From: a virus
Taxonomy: Duplodnaviria > Caudoviricetes
Length of the DNA: 39,745 bases
Direction: 5' to 3' (one strand)
IMG/VR virus record: IMGVR_UViG_3300020045_006736
Span: 1-39,745 of that record
The notes below the pieces were generated by a model. That model had not been told where the DNA came from. It saw nothing but the letters and a program-made list of their open reading frames with translations, and did no database searches. Of this stretch, positions 17,043-25,668 are shown in pieces. Numbering within the stretch: position 1 is the first letter of the stretch; the number at the start of each line of letters is the position of its first letter. Both the position numbers and the translations under genes were made by a program.

Positions 17043-17305
17043 GGTACGATTTACAAGAGTTGTACGACGCCGCTAATTGGGCTTGCGAATGGGCTTTTCA
17101 CGACCGAGAGAAAATCAAGGGCGCGGTTAATTGGGCGGACATTCGTTGCACCTCCGCCGAACTAGCCGTGGATAACTTCGATGACCAAGTATACCGGGTC
17201 AACATTAGCGAAGCCGATCCTGGAGCGCAAGAACTTCACACCTTTATCCGGGCGCATTTAGCGGCTAAAGGCTTTGACAAAGTTGAAATTGTTACGGAGT
17301 GGTAG
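17039..17305 (+). CDS. Hypothetical protein
   Basis: ATGA-coupled 88-aa ORF. Confidence 0.6.
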   Translation: MRYDLQELYDAANWACEWAFHDREKIKGAVNWADIRCTSAELAVDNFDDQVYRVNISEADPGAQELHTFIRAHLAAKGFDKVEIVTEW

Positions 17306-17306
17306 C

Positions 17307-17747
17307 ATGAGTTCAGTCGCAGTCAATAATCCCGTAACCGATACTGTCCCAGTCGATTGGACTGCGGAGCGGGAAATCATCGCGAAAGACGCACTTCGAG
17401 TCCTTTACAAGCATTACAAAGGGTTCAAGTGGGGGATCGAGTTTACCGCGACTCACGACAGGTCGTTGGGGATGCTGGTGATTCGCATACTCGACATACC
17501 TACACAGGTGGTTTACACCATCCATCCGAAAGACATTGACCGGGATCGAATGTCGTGCGTAATGCGCGGCGCGGGGCTATTGCTCGAATCCCTTGGTTTT
17601 AAAGTAGGACACGCGAGAGGGGACGATGTGCATCTGGTTAGGAAGACAGCATCCGGGTTAATCATACCCAACTTCGATGCTATGCCAGAAAGAAATCCGG
17701 GATACGAGAAATTCAAAGAGACTTTTAAGCAATTGCACAATAAGTAG
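17307..17747 (+). CDS. Hypothetical protein immediately upstream of portal
   Basis: Start moved to ATG 17307 (GGAG SD). Confidence 0.65.
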   Translation: MSSVAVNNPVTDTVPVDWTAEREIIAKDALRVLYKHYKGFKWGIEFTATHDRSLGMLVIRILDIPTQVVYTIHPKDIDRDRMSCVMRGAGLLLESLGFKVGHARGDDVHLVRKTASGLIIPNFDAMPERNPGYEKFKETFKQLHNK

Positions 17748-17755
17748 GAATCGCC

Positions 17756-20104
17756 ATGATCCAAGACTCTACGTATCCTGTCCCATCCCTGGAAGGCGGA
17801 AGTTATAGGCCGGCCACTGCGGGGTCGGCGCCGCATGTTAATTCAGTCGATTATCACGGAATTAACAATGCCGATTACGCGGAGCCTCCAACACCAGGGG
17901 CGGACGTAGACTGGCTGTACATGGCGCGTTGCGCGTATGATTCAAGCGAAAGATGGACGCAGATTAATCTTCGCGCTACGTGGGCTAGAAACTTGGCGCA
18001 TTACCGGTCGGAGCATGGGCCGGACAGTGCGTTCAACGACCCTTCGAACAAACACAGGGCCAAGCACTTCTGGCCTAAAACCAGAACCTTAGTCCGGGAT
18101 CAGCAAGCTTCCGCGGTGGCGGCGTACTTTTCAAGTGCCGATGTGGTGGCCATAGAAGCCGAAAACAGCGATGACCCAGAGCAAGTCGAAGCCTCGAAGC
18201 TGATTAAAGAACTGACCAATTATCGGCTCAGACAAAGTGTACCGTGGTACAAGATAACCCTTGGGGCGATTTCGGAAGTGTCGGTATTGGGGGTGGTGTT
18301 CTCGCATCAATCCTGGGAGTACAGAACCGAGTCCCGGCTGGATAGAGTGGTCTATGACGCAGAGAACGATGAGGTTGTTCCGGTATACAAGAACGTTCTG
18401 GTAAAAGATTCACCGAAAATACGCATAGTGCCGGCGGAGAACCTTCGCATTTCCCCGGCATCGGATTGGCTCGACCCGATCAATTCCTCCCCCTACGTCA
18501 TTGAACTGATTCCCATGTTTTTAGGGGATGTGATGGCCCGGATTCGTAAGGGCGCGGACATACGGACCGGAGAGCCTAAGTGGCATGTTATCGAGCAAAG
18601 TTTGCTTCGGTCAGCGGGAAACAAGACCAACATCGACGCGATTCGCAATGCCAGGGTCGGGAAAAATAAAATAGACCCGAAAACCGAGCAGGCAGAGAAC
18701 GTCGATGAATTTAACGTAATCTGGATTCACCGTAATATCGTCCGGCACAATGATGTCGATTGGATGTATTACACGGTAGGTACCACAATACTGTTGTCCG
18801 ATCCGGTGCCTCTGCACGAGGTTATCCCCTGGGCGGATGGCGCCAGGGATTACGTGGCGGGCATCATGGAAGTGGAGACCGACAAGGTTTACCCGAGCGG
18901 CCCGGTCGAGATCATAGCGCCGCTTCAGAAAGCCCTCAACGAGCACAACAACCAGCGCATAGACAACGTTCGTCAAGTGCTGAATCGCAGGTATTTATAC
19001 CGTCAAGGTACGCAGGTGGACGTTCGCAGCTTGCAGAGAAACGTACCAGGGGGCTTGATAGGTGTTTCCGGTGCCGGAGATCTGAGCAATTTCGTTAAGC
19101 CGCTCGATACTCCGGACGTTACCAGTTCGAGTTATCAGGAACAGGACCGGATGAACCTGGCGATAGACGACCTGTCCGGTTCGACGATGGGATCAACGGT
19201 CTCATCGAACCGGAAGCTTCAGGAAACCGCGACTGGCATGAGCCTGATGTCGGACGAAGCGAACAAGATTCGCGAGATGGAACTGATGACGTTCACTAAG
19301 ACCTGGATGGAGAACGTTCTCAAGCAGGTAGTTCAGATGATCGCGATGTACGAGACCGATGCGACAGCGCTTCGAGTGGCGGCGACGAAAGCCGGTGTCA
19401 GTCAGATCCTGTCCAAGTTTTTCGATTACAAGTTCTCGGTATCGGTGAACGTGGGTATGGGGGCTACTGGCCCGACGCAACGGATGCAGCGATTCATTGG
19501 CGCGGTCTCGACGGTGGTACAAACAGTTCCGGAAGCCGCGGCGTCCATTCGCGGCGATGAACTGGTCAAAGAGATATTCGGCATATCAGGCTACGATAAC
19601 GGCAGTCGGTTCTTTGACTTCGCAGCCGGGCAGCAAAAAATACAGCAGCAACAGCAGCAACCTGACGCGAATGTCCAACTGGCAAGGGAGCAGATGCAGA
19701 TCAAAATGCAGATCGAGCAAGGCAAGCTTGAAATACAAAAGGCCAAGATGGAACTGGATAATCTGGATTTGCAACGCAAACTTCGTGAATCCGAAGCGCA
19801 GATCGATTTGTTGAAAGCTAAAACCGCTTCCGAGAACGTTACCGCCATCTTCTCGGCGACGCAAGCCGGCGGCGTCGTTGCACAGAACCCAGAGACAGCA
19901 CCGGTGAGCGATGTGATATTAAAAAGCGCCGGGTTCGTGGATCACGACGCACCGCCAACCGTGCCTACGGTGGAGCAAGCGATTCCGGGATCTATGCCAC
20001 TGGTGGATAGTAACAGCAGTCCTAATTTCCCGGCGAAAGCCCCCTCTCCGGCTGAAGGAATGAACAAGGGCATCGAAACCCCACGAATTGAAGCTAATTT
20101 GTAG
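17756..20104 (+). CDS. Portal protein (podovirus-type, long C-terminal Gln-rich helical extension)
   Basis: 782 aa, located after TerL; ETATG motif and Q-rich coiled-coil tail typical of P22-like portals. Confidence 0.85.
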   Translation: MIQDSTYPVPSLEGGSYRPATAGSAPHVNSVDYHGINNADYAEPPTPGADVDWLYMARCAYDSSERWTQINLRATWARNLAHYRSEHGPDSAFNDPSNKHRAKHFWPKTRTLVRDQQASAVAAYFSSADVVAIEAENSDDPEQVEASKLIKELTNYRLRQSVPWYKITLGAISEVSVLGVVFSHQSWEYRTESRLDRVVYDAENDEVVPVYKNVLVKDSPKIRIVPAENLRISPASDWLDPINSSPYVIELIPMFLGDVMARIRKGADIRTGEPKWHVIEQSLLRSAGNKTNIDAIRNARVGKNKIDPKTEQAENVDEFNVIWIHRNIVRHNDVDWMYYTVGTTILLSDPVPLHEVIPWADGARDYVAGIMEVETDKVYPSGPVEIIAPLQKALNEHNNQRIDNVRQVLNRRYLYRQGTQVDVRSLQRNVPGGLIGVSGAGDLSNFVKPLDTPDVTSSSYQEQDRMNLAIDDLSGSTMGSTVSSNRKLQETATGMSLMSDEANKIREMELMTFTKTWMENVLKQVVQMIAMYETDATALRVAATKAGVSQILSKFFDYKFSVSVNVGMGATGPTQRMQRFIGAVSTVVQTVPEAAASIRGDELVKEIFGISGYDNGSRFFDFAAGQQKIQQQQQQPDANVQLAREQMQIKMQIEQGKLEIQKAKMELDNLDLQRKLRESEAQIDLLKAKTASENVTAIFSATQAGGVVAQNPETAPVSDVILKSAGFVDHDAPPTVPTVEQAIPGSMPLVDSNSSPNFPAKAPSPAEGMNKGIETPRIEANL

Positions 20105-20118
20105 ATAGCATTTGACAG

Positions 20119-20173
20119 AAGCCTTGTATTTAAAGTACCCTGATATGGTACTTTCCAGTACGAGGCTTTTTTT
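20119..20173 (+). terminator. Long hairpin with U-tract after portal
   Basis: AAGCCTTGTA/TACGAGGCTT outer stem, AAAGTACC/GGTACTTT inner stem, then a T run. Confidence 0.55.
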
Positions 20174-20192
20174 ACGCATATCGAGGATGCGC

Positions 20193-20507
20193 ATGACTGA
20201 TTTATCCAACGAGTACCCTAACGACGACAAGATGCGAGCGGTTCAGCTAGGCATCGAAGCGAAGTATTTCATTGAGCACGACCGCATTGGCCGCTATCTT
20301 TGGCTGATGTCGGTGCAGCACAGAGCCTACGCATTAGAACAATTGGCCGTAGTGGATCCAGAAAACAGTAAGGAAATTCGAGCTTGGCAAAACGAGCTGG
20401 CACTTCACGAACTGTTTAAAGCCTGGATCAACGACGCGATTGCTAATGGCTTAGCGGCGGAGGAGCAAATCCTGGCCGAAGACGCGGCGGAACGGGCTGG
20501 GGATTAG
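20193..20507 (+). CDS. Conserved small phage protein downstream of portal
   Basis: Start moved to ATG 20193 (GAGG SD); helical, G..A..F and W...I..G..A pattern. Confidence 0.65.
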   Translation: MTDLSNEYPNDDKMRAVQLGIEAKYFIEHDRIGRYLWLMSVQHRAYALEQLAVVDPENSKEIRAWQNELALHELFKAWINDAIANGLAAEEQILAEDAAERAGD

Positions 20508-20508
20508 C

Positions 20509-20718
20509 GTGAAGATAGAAACGATAAGAACTCAGGTTTATGAAACGTATCTTTCGTCGAATAGCGTAGACGTATCGGTAACGGTATGGGGAAATTGTGA
20601 AGGGGCGAATCTTATGGTCGCTCACAAAGACACCGGTGCGGTTATTATGTCAGGCGCGTTGCGATGGGAAGTAATGGATTTGGTTGTCGCGGCAATTAGC
20701 GTCGCGAGGGCTGAGTGA
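20509..20718 (+). CDS. Hypothetical protein
   Basis: 69-aa ORF in operon context. Confidence 0.5.
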   Translation: MKIETIRTQVYETYLSSNSVDVSVTVWGNCEGANLMVAHKDTGAVIMSGALRWEVMDLVVAAISVARAE

Positions 20719-20750
20719 TAAAACTTTTTTTAAAAATCAGGAGCTAAAAA

Positions 20751-21026
20751 ATGACACAAAATGAAATGGTCAATCACATGGCATCGAGCTTAGGTATATC
20801 TAAGACCCAAGCGAAATATACAATACAAGAGTTCACAGCGATGCTGGTTGCGATACTGTTAGCCGAAGGCGAAGTCAGTATTCCAGATGTCGGCAAGATA
20901 AAAGTGTCCGATGTGGCTGCAAGAGTCGGTAGAAACCCTTCTACTGGGGAGTCGGTTAACATTGCGGCATCCAAGAAGTTAAAGTTTAAACCATCAACAG
21001 TATTGAAAGCCAAGGTCAACGCTTAA
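20751..21026 (+). CDS. HU/IHF-family DNA-binding protein
   Basis: 91 aa; AR.GRNP.TGE...I.A.K..KFKPS..LK..VN; AGGAG SD. Confidence 0.93.
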   Translation: MTQNEMVNHMASSLGISKTQAKYTIQEFTAMLVAILLAEGEVSIPDVGKIKVSDVAARVGRNPSTGESVNIAASKKLKFKPSTVLKAKVNA

Positions 21027-21047
21027 TTTACTTTCAGGCTATCGATG

Positions 21048-21087
21048 AACTTTCCGGTTTAGTAAGCTATACTTAAACCGGAAAGTT
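21048..21087. terminator. Perfect 14-bp inverted repeat (terminator or RNA-processing hairpin)
   Basis: AACTTTCCGGTTTA / TAAACCGGAAAGTT with a 12-nt loop. Confidence 0.55.
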
Positions 21088-21194
21088 ACCGCAATACTCA
21101 AAAAGTATTTGACAAAATACGCAGACATGTAGTATTGAATTGGTAATACTCCAAGTGCTATGCACCCCGGTTCAACGCCAATGCAGGAACTAAC

Positions 21195-22262
21195 ATGGCT
21201 GTAAATGTAAATGATCCAAATATAGCTAAACGAAGCCGCGCGGCCAAACGCTCTGAAAACCAAAGAGCCGGTAAGCCGATTGAAGAAGGCATCGATGACG
21301 CTCCCGCTGTTGAAGACGCATCCCCAGAAACCGAACCGGAAAAAACAGAAGCTCCTGAAATGCCAGAAGTGGTAGCAGAAGCTGAATCCGAACCGGAAGC
21401 TGCCAAAGAACCCGACATGGCCGAAACTCCCGAAGAAGAGGCCGCTGAGCCGCCCGCTGAAGAAGCCGGTGAGACTATGGCCGAAGAAGCTGCCGAAGTT
21501 ATGGACGAAGAACCTGCTCCAGAAACTATGGTCGAGGAAGAAGCCGCAGAAGAGCCAATGGCTGAAAGCGCTGAATCCAATGAATATTCCCCGCCGGAAG
21601 GCAAAACCCACGATGAGCTGGTTAACGAGTACCATATCGCGATTGCGTATGGCGACGTTGAAGCCGCCAACGAACTGTACCGGCAGCTTCAGAACCACCG
21701 CTACATGGAAAACGGACACAGAGGTAAGATGGAAGCCGCAGCGCAGAAAGAATGGGACGATTACGTAGCAGTGGCTACTTCGATCGTCGATAAGCACCCA
21801 GAATTGAACGAGAAAGGCCTGCCGGCCGATAAAGTCATGGCGCTTGCCGAACTGTACCGTAATAACGGTGAGTCAGCAACGAGCGCACTGAAGATGGCAG
21901 TCGCCGACTTGTACCCCGAACAGCCCCCCGCACCTGAAGCTGTCGCACAGGCGGCGGAGTCTCCATTAATCACGGAAGCTGAAATGCCCGCTGAGGAACC
22001 GGAACCCGCACCTGCTGAAGAACCGGAGGCCGCACCTGCTGAAGAGCCGGAAGCCGCGCCTGCCGAAGCTGAAGTCCCGCCGGGAGGCGTTGACGCGGGG
22101 GCACTTATTCCTGAAGGTTTGATGGAAGATCGCATGGCTCGTAAGAGCCGGCTGTCTGTAGTACCCAACGCATCTGCAAGGAATCAACCGCCACCGCCAC
22201 CGGAAACTCCCTCCAGGGAGTCGGCGATTGCGGAGATGAAGAGGTCAAGAGGCCAACTTTAA
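21195..22262 (+). CDS. Putative capsid scaffolding protein
   Basis: Very acidic E/A/P-rich protein directly upstream of the major capsid gene, with a short basic C-terminal helix. Confidence 0.7.
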   Translation: MAVNVNDPNIAKRSRAAKRSENQRAGKPIEEGIDDAPAVEDASPETEPEKTEAPEMPEVVAEAESEPEAAKEPDMAETPEEEAAEPPAEEAGETMAEEAAEVMDEEPAPETMVEEEAAEEPMAESAESNEYSPPEGKTHDELVNEYHIAIAYGDVEAANELYRQLQNHRYMENGHRGKMEAAAQKEWDDYVAVATSIVDKHPELNEKGLPADKVMALAELYRNNGESATSALKMAVADLYPEQPPAPEAVAQAAESPLITEAEMPAEEPEPAPAEEPEAAPAEEPEAAPAEAEVPPGGVDAGALIPEGLMEDRMARKSRLSVVPNASARNQPPPPPETPSRESAIAEMKRSRGQL

Positions 22263-22347
22263 CTCTGAAAAAACTGTACCCCGTCGTGATGACGGAATGA
22301 TCCCATTAGGGGCTGATGCCCTTAACGTAACGAGAAGGTAATCGAAA

Positions 22348-23346
22348 ATGATTTGGTCTATTGCAGATGAAGGTGGCTACCTCTGGGCGCCAAACTTATC
22401 CCAATTTTTAAGGTTGCAAAACTTGCCGATTGTTAAATTTCGGCAGCTTTGCGATGTAAAAGAATCCGACGCTGACGGCAAGCCACTGGTTGGCAAAGGC
22501 CGTGGCGAGAAATGGTATTGGAACGTTTTCTCTAAATTGTCCCGCAAAGGCGGACCTTTGGACGAAACCCAAAAAATGCCAACCACCGGCTTTAAAATTA
22601 CTCAGTTGTCTGGCACCATGACCGAGTACGGTAACTCGGTAGACTGGACCGGCAAACTGGATGATCTGTCCGAACAACCGATCAAAGAATTGATCCGTAA
22701 AGAATTGGCCATCGACGTTGCCGAAGCTTTCGACGTTGCCGCCTGGACTGAGTTCAACAAAACCCTGTTGTGGGCACAAGCCACCTCCGGCACCAGCACC
22801 ACCGCAGTTACTTTTGGCACCGATGGCATTCCGTCGATCACCAACAACGTAGCTTTCGGTAAAGGCCATGTTGAGCCAATCGTGACCTATATGAAAGAAC
22901 GTAATATCCCGGCTTACGAAAATGGTGATTACATCGCTATTGGCCGTCCAACCACGTTCATTCAGTTGAAATCCGACTTGGAAGGCATTCAAACGTACAC
23001 CGAGACCGGACTGGCGCACATTAAGAATGGCGAAATAGGTCGTTATCGTGGCACCCGTTTCATCGAGCAGACTCACGTTCCTGCTGGCGGTGCGCAAGAC
23101 TCAACTACGTACAACCCACAAACGGAAACATCCGATCCGTGGAACAACGCAAAATCCGACGGAATCTTCTTCTGCGGAGCTGATACCGTAGCAGAAGGCA
23201 TTGCGATTCCTGAAGAACTGCGCGGTAAAATCCCTGGCGATTTCGGTCGTGACAGAGGCTTTGCCTGGTACGCACTGGAAGGCTTCGGTTTGAGCCATCC
23301 GGACGCAGCCAATGCACGTATCGTTAAATGGGATTCCGCAGCTTAA
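22348..23346 (+). CDS. Major capsid protein (N4-gp56-like family)
   Basis: 332 aa; KFRQ..D, EYGN, GEIG...G.RFIE and DFGR..G.AWY...GFG motifs; highly expressed codon usage. Confidence 0.85.
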   Translation: MIWSIADEGGYLWAPNLSQFLRLQNLPIVKFRQLCDVKESDADGKPLVGKGRGEKWYWNVFSKLSRKGGPLDETQKMPTTGFKITQLSGTMTEYGNSVDWTGKLDDLSEQPIKELIRKELAIDVAEAFDVAAWTEFNKTLLWAQATSGTSTTAVTFGTDGIPSITNNVAFGKGHVEPIVTYMKERNIPAYENGDYIAIGRPTTFIQLKSDLEGIQTYTETGLAHIKNGEIGRYRGTRFIEQTHVPAGGAQDSTTYNPQTETSDPWNNAKSDGIFFCGADTVAEGIAIPEELRGKIPGDFGRDRGFAWYALEGFGLSHPDAANARIVKWDSAA

Positions 23347-23385
23347 GGCTCGGGTTAATTCTTAACTAATACCAGGAATACGATA

Positions 23386-23820
23386 ATGTCATACGCTGAA
23401 CCAAAGACCATTACTTACACCCGCTCGGTAGCGGTTACTAACACTACCTGGGCGGTTACACCTCCATACGGCGCTACCAAAGCCCGCATAGTGGACATCC
23501 AGGCATCTGTCACAACTACGTACAACGCAGTAACTACCGCCGCAACCATCGGCGTCGGCGTTGCCGGCAACACGGACAAAACAGGTTTGTTGTCCCTGGG
23601 CACCACTGCTGCCGGTAGCACCGTAGGCTTGAAAGATAGCTGGGTACGCGGTACCAACCCTGTGTACGCTACGTTGGACTTGACCGGCACATCGAACACC
23701 ATTTCAGGAACTCCAACAGTTCCCGAAGTGCTGGGACCGGTGCTGATTACGTTTACCGCGAACACCGGCGGCACTCCTGCCGGCGCCGCAGTGGCCGAAG
23801 TTACTATCGACTGGTTCTAA
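23386..23820 (+). CDS. Putative capsid decoration/cement protein
   Basis: T/G/A-rich beta protein directly after the capsid gene. Confidence 0.55.
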   Translation: MSYAEPKTITYTRSVAVTNTTWAVTPPYGATKARIVDIQASVTTTYNAVTTAATIGVGVAGNTDKTGLLSLGTTAAGSTVGLKDSWVRGTNPVYATLDLTGTSNTISGTPTVPEVLGPVLITFTANTGGTPAGAAVAEVTIDWF

Positions 23821-23856
23821 ACCAGCAACAACGAACACCGATATTCGGAGATCGAA

Positions 23857-24099
23857 ATGAAAGAGATGTATAGTTCTAAAGATTTTTCGGCCGACGCTAC
23901 TAACAGCATGGCCGATAAACGCAAGTTCTCTGGCTCTGGCTTAACTGCCGGTGTTCAGTCAGGCTTGTCGGAAGTCGTCAGTCCAAAACGCGGTGACATT
24001 CCCGCACAAATGAAATCGTCAGGTAACGATTTCAGACGTGTTGACGGAGTTGAACCCGCGGGCGAAAAAATGGGCAAAAACTTCCAGTTCAAAGTGTAA
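23857..24099 (+). CDS. Hypothetical protein
   Basis: GGAG SD; 80 aa. Confidence 0.6.
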   Translation: MKEMYSSKDFSADATNSMADKRKFSGSGLTAGVQSGLSEVVSPKRGDIPAQMKSSGNDFRRVDGVEPAGEKMGKNFQFKV

Positions 24100-24105
24100 A
24101 TTCCC

Positions 24106-24327
24106 ATGATAATCCTAGAAATAGGGGGATCAATGGACCAGGAGCCCGCTCACGAGCGGGCGCCTAACCCTTTGGAGACCGGAGTTCTCAGCGAAGGTCG
24201 CGCCAGCCGCCCTACCGGTACGGCTTGGTACGATACGTCGATGGGGACGGATTACGGCAACGGGTGCCGCTTCGATCACGAAGAGACGGCAACCATGACA
24301 AAAATACCATCGCGAAAGGATCGGTAA
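24106..24327 (+). CDS. Hypothetical protein
   Basis: 73 aa; TAATG coupling with the next gene. Confidence 0.5.
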   Translation: MIILEIGGSMDQEPAHERAPNPLETGVLSEGRASRPTGTAWYDTSMGTDYGNGCRFDHEETATMTKIPSRKDR

Positions 24328-24545
24328 TGGTTACATTAGATAGAACTCGGCATTTTGCGGTTTGCGTTGGCCCATCCGATGCGGAAGACGATATGGTCCA
24401 TGCGTGCTACTTTCAGGACGGAATTTACTTTCGACCGGACGGCACTGCGATCAACCAGCCGGAGGAAGAAAAACCTCCTGTTGTGGAACCGACTGTCGGT
24501 AAAAAATCGAAGTCGAAAGACCCAGATATTCAAGGCTTGGTATAA
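24327..24545 (+). CDS. Hypothetical protein; ends DPDIQGLV
   Basis: Start moved to ATG 24327; LD..R.F...Y.QDG.YF..DG pattern seen in phage head-region proteins. Confidence 0.6.
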   Translation: MVTLDRTRHFAVCVGPSDAEDDMVHACYFQDGIYFRPDGTAINQPEEEKPPVVEPTVGKKSKSKDPDIQGLV

Positions 24546-24593
24546 CCCGCTTTGGAGCATTCAAAGCAATAAATTCTTAAAGGGGCTGTTAAC

Positions 24594-25286
24594 GTGTTGA
24601 CCTTATCCGATTTAATTAGACGAGCAAGGTCAAGGCTAGATGACGCAGCCCTCCCCTATCTATGGACGGATCAGGATCTCACAGACTATATCAACGACAC
24701 CCTGTGGGACGCCGCCCTCCGCGCCAACTTAACTGTTCAAGACGAAATCCCGGTAGTATTTACGCAAACCGGGTCGGTATGGAATGCTAGGTACGCATTA
24801 CCTAGCGGAATCCTCGATGTAAAATCCGTGTACTTAAATTCGGCGCCAACGGCACCGTTGGAACGAACCAGTATACGCCGTCAAGAGCGGGTATTTAAAC
24901 ACCGGCCTACGCAGTCCGGTTCCCCTTGGGGCTATGCCCTAGACATGACTAAGCTCGGTTCGGGAGATGACGACGGGCTTTATGTACGTGCTATCACTTT
25001 CCTGGGAACTCCAGATGCAGCGGACACCGCCTATCTGGATGTGGTAAGACTTCCAGTCATACTGGAGGGGTCTTGCGATATTCCAGAGATCGATCCTATG
25101 TGGCAGTCCGATCTGATGTTCGGAGTTACTGCTCTTGCCTATCTTAAAAACGATACGGATACCTACAATCCTCAGAAATCCGCAAGGGATTTTCTGATGT
25201 TTGAGGAACGTTTTGGACCTCGGCTCCCGGCTGTTGTTTTGAGAGAACGACAAACGGATGTGCCGTTAGAAATGCTTGTTTGTTGA
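24594..25286 (+). CDS. Head-tail adaptor protein
   Basis: L..LI...R..LDD...PYLW.D..L..YIN N-terminus; C-terminal PEI, AYLK.D.D and F...FG motifs. Confidence 0.7.
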   Translation: MLTLSDLIRRARSRLDDAALPYLWTDQDLTDYINDTLWDAALRANLTVQDEIPVVFTQTGSVWNARYALPSGILDVKSVYLNSAPTAPLERTSIRRQERVFKHRPTQSGSPWGYALDMTKLGSGDDDGLYVRAITFLGTPDAADTAYLDVVRLPVILEGSCDIPEIDPMWQSDLMFGVTALAYLKNDTDTYNPQKSARDFLMFEERFGPRLPAVVLRERQTDVPLEMLVC

Positions 25287-25303
25287 GATGGGTTTTTGGA
25301 ACG

Positions 25304-25498
25304 ATGCAGATGGAAAGAAGAAGCTACGACGCCGATATTGCGGAAATTAAACAGCGGGTGAAGGATTTGGAACGGCGTTGTGATGTGAAGGAAGATAAAC
25401 TGTCCGCGCTGGAAGCTTTCCAGAACAAAGCGATAGGTTACGCACTGGCCGCTAGCGCCATAGCAACCTTTGTCGCCCAATACCTAAACAGCAAATGA
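25304..25498 (+). CDS. Coiled-coil plus C-terminal TM protein (XhlA/holin-like architecture)
   Basis: Heptad pattern followed by a hydrophobic helix; start uncertain. Confidence 0.45.
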   Translation: MQMERRSYDADIAEIKQRVKDLERRCDVKEDKLSALEAFQNKAIGYALAASAIATFVAQYLNSK

Positions 25499-25508
25499 GG
25501 CCATACTG

Positions 25509-25661
25509 ATGAATATCATTGTTCTATATACCGCCGTGTGGGTCGCGGCTATTTTCGTAGCCAACACCGATTTGTGCTATCATCTTAGACGACGCGGGGT
25601 GCATAGCCTAGATCACTGGGTTCGAGTGGTGCCCTGGATACACAACCGATCAAAAATGTAG
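25509..25661 (+). CDS. Small membrane protein (50 aa)
   Basis: GAGG SD; MNIIVLYTAVWVAAIFVA... Below the ORF-track cutoff. Confidence 0.45.
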   Translation: MNIIVLYTAVWVAAIFVANTDLCYHLRRRGVHSLDHWVRVVPWIHNRSKM

Positions 25662-25668
25662 AGGAAAC

